NCBI GenBank assembly: GCA_963676865.2 | Contig: CAXXSS010000001.1 | Location: 477,378 to 501,377, forward strand | Length of the DNA: 24,000 bases | DNA from: an uncultured Bacteroides sp. | Lineage (GTDB): Bacteria; Bacteroidota; Bacteroidia; Bacteroidales; Bacteroidaceae | Direction of reading: 5' to 3' | Shown: piece after piece, positions 22,823 through 24,000 of the stretch | How the letters are laid out: each line of letters starts with the position of its first letter | Numbering within the stretch: the stretch's first letter is position 1 | The notes under the pieces: generated by a model | What the model saw: the letters and a program-made list of their open reading frames with translations, nothing else | What the model was told of the DNA's origin: nothing | Database searches by the model: none | Position numbers and translations under genes: made by a program

Positions 22823-24000
22823 CTACTGGGCCGTCCAAAGACAGCAGCCGGACGAGCGGTCGTCACCAATGAAAGATGCGCCAGAATTATCGAAATATAG
22901 AAGATAGGCAATCGTGGTATTTGGGTCGGGCATGGACGACCAATAGTATCCGCTCGTACCAGCGCCAGAGAAACCGCCATTACTATCCGTATGGCCGACA
23001 GCCGGAAGGAAGAAATAATCGGTTAAGTCAAAACCGGTAGCAACAATTGCGGCAAGAAGGGTGGACTCACAGTTTTTGGTCTCGCTAAAAAGGGTAGGAT
23101 GAAAGTCCTTGAGGGCCGATTTCTTACAAAGCCATATGCCCGCCTTAGTTGTAGTGCCATCGGCGCAGGTGTAGCTCGTGGTGTTACCACCGGGGACGTT
23201 GCCATTGTCCCAATAGCAATTCCCGTACAGATACCAGCTGATTTCGCAAAGACTGGGGCAGCTTTTACAAGCATAAAGGGCACGACTCATAAAGTCGGGA
23301 TCCGCGTTGGAAACGCTGGTGGTATTGGCATTAGTCGGAGCGGTGTTTACAGTGACAGGCTTAGAATCGGTTGCATCCCAAGTGTAAAGTTTAGAATAGA
23401 TATCGGAAGTGATAGCGGGAGCTGAACTTATCGCCAATGGTTGGGACTTGACCTGAGCGGCAGCCAGAGAAAAACCGCTCAACGTAATGCCGCGAGCAAT
23501 GTAAGAATGAGGCGAATTATCCGAGCACGAAATACTAAGCGTGCCATTGATGGTATTGAAAGGCCATGTCATCAAGTAAACATCTACCACACCGTTAGTT
23601 GTTGGCGTGATAGTAGTATACCAATTGTTTCCCCAAGAGCCTGTCAGCTTATTAATACTGCCATCGGCATTGAGGGTTGCATTACCCCCATTACCGGGAA
23701 TGATATTGAGAGCCGAGGAGTTGAGTGTCACTGTAACGGGATGGTCGGTAGAAAAACCGCTATTGGTGAGGTGAAGATTCAGCATGCCAAAGAGATGGTG
23801 CATCGCCAGCGAACCGGGCAGACCCGTACTGTAGTTCACGCTGGCGCTACCATAGAGCGCATCGTACTTGGCACAATCCGTTAGCGTACCATTCTGGCTA
23901 GCTAGCGTGTTAGCCGTCAGTGTACTCGTTCCGTCAGTTCCCATATTGGCAGTATATCCCCCACTCGTTCCGCTCGAAAAAGCATAGAGCCGCGTACCCG
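22823..24000 (-). CDS. Fimbrillin-family surface lipoprotein paralog 4 (5' end outside window)
   Basis: The frame stays open upstream of the listed Met to the window edge (GTRLYAFSSGTSGGYTANMGTDGTSTL), aligning with residues about 120-145 of paralog 3. It ends in WTAQ. Confidence 0.85.
   Translation of the reverse strand, partial: GTRLYAFSSGTSGGYTANMGTDGTSTLTANTLASQNGTLTDCAKYDALYGSASVNYSTGLPGSLAMHHLFGMLNLHLTNSGFSTDHPVTVTLNSSALNIIPGNGGNATLNADGSINKLTGSWGNNWYTTITPTTNGVVDVYLMTWPFNTINGTLSISCSDNSPHSYIARGITLSGFSLAAAQVKSQPLAISSAPAITSDIYSKLYTWDATDSKPVTVNTAPTNANTTSVSNADPDFMSRALYACKSCPSLCEISWYLYGNCYWDNGNVPGGNTTSYTCADGTTTKAGIWLCKKSALKDFHPTLFSETKNCESTLLAAIVATGFDLTDYFFLPAVGHTDSNGGFSGAGTSGYYWSSMPDPNTTIAYLLYFDNSGASFIGDDRSSGCCLWTAQ

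Noticed and set aside
1-24000. CRISPR arrays, tRNA/rRNA genes, integrases/transposases
   Set aside because: None was found by eye. The only regular repeats (22-bp array, about 83-bp tract) lack the repeat-spacer organisation of CRISPR. No cloverleaf-like or rRNA-like segments were recognised.

Overview
This window looks like a Bacteroidales (Bacteroidota) chromosome segment. Support: lipoprotein and OMP signal peptides, fimbrillin-type surface lipoproteins, TAnnTTTG-type promoter boxes, and no Shine-Dalgarno dependence.

GC-richer core-like genes sit at both ends. Spot counts of single 60-nt lines gave about 52-60% G+C there.
- Left end: a GH31 glycosidase 3' end and a serine hydrolase.
- Right end: a fimbrillin-like lipoprotein, an S24-peptidase/PqqD/ABC-exporter cassette, and a tandem array of at least 4 paralogous surface lipoproteins on the minus strand.

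Between them, roughly 2.3-12.9 kb, lies a strongly AT-rich stretch (spot count about 32% G+C). It has no integrase, transposase or tRNA in view and reads as a defence island. It contains:
1. A tightly coupled TIR-like (DUF1863/MTH538-type) plus caspase-like (peptidase C14) gene pair.
2. An orphan 451-aa protein with a DisA_N/diadenylate-cyclase-like C-terminal motif.
3. A three-gene cassette: a single-HKD PLD nuclease with a PUA/EVE-like tail, an overlapping helical protein, and a Lit/U49-like HExxH metalloprotease. The cassette is wedged between frameshifted phage-tail-like gene remnants.
4. Further decayed genes (a CPBP protease remnant) and an OMP beta-barrel gene.

Non-coding structure worth attention:
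- An exactly 22-bp-phased TTAGTT/AACTAA motif array at the left island edge.
- A perfect 19-bp inverted repeat pair bracketing a 123-bp AT-rich segment, followed by a strong terminator hairpin.
- A 26-bp-stem hairpin, and an approximately 83-bp degenerate repeat tract.

All functional calls come from motif and pattern recognition by eye. No database search was run.
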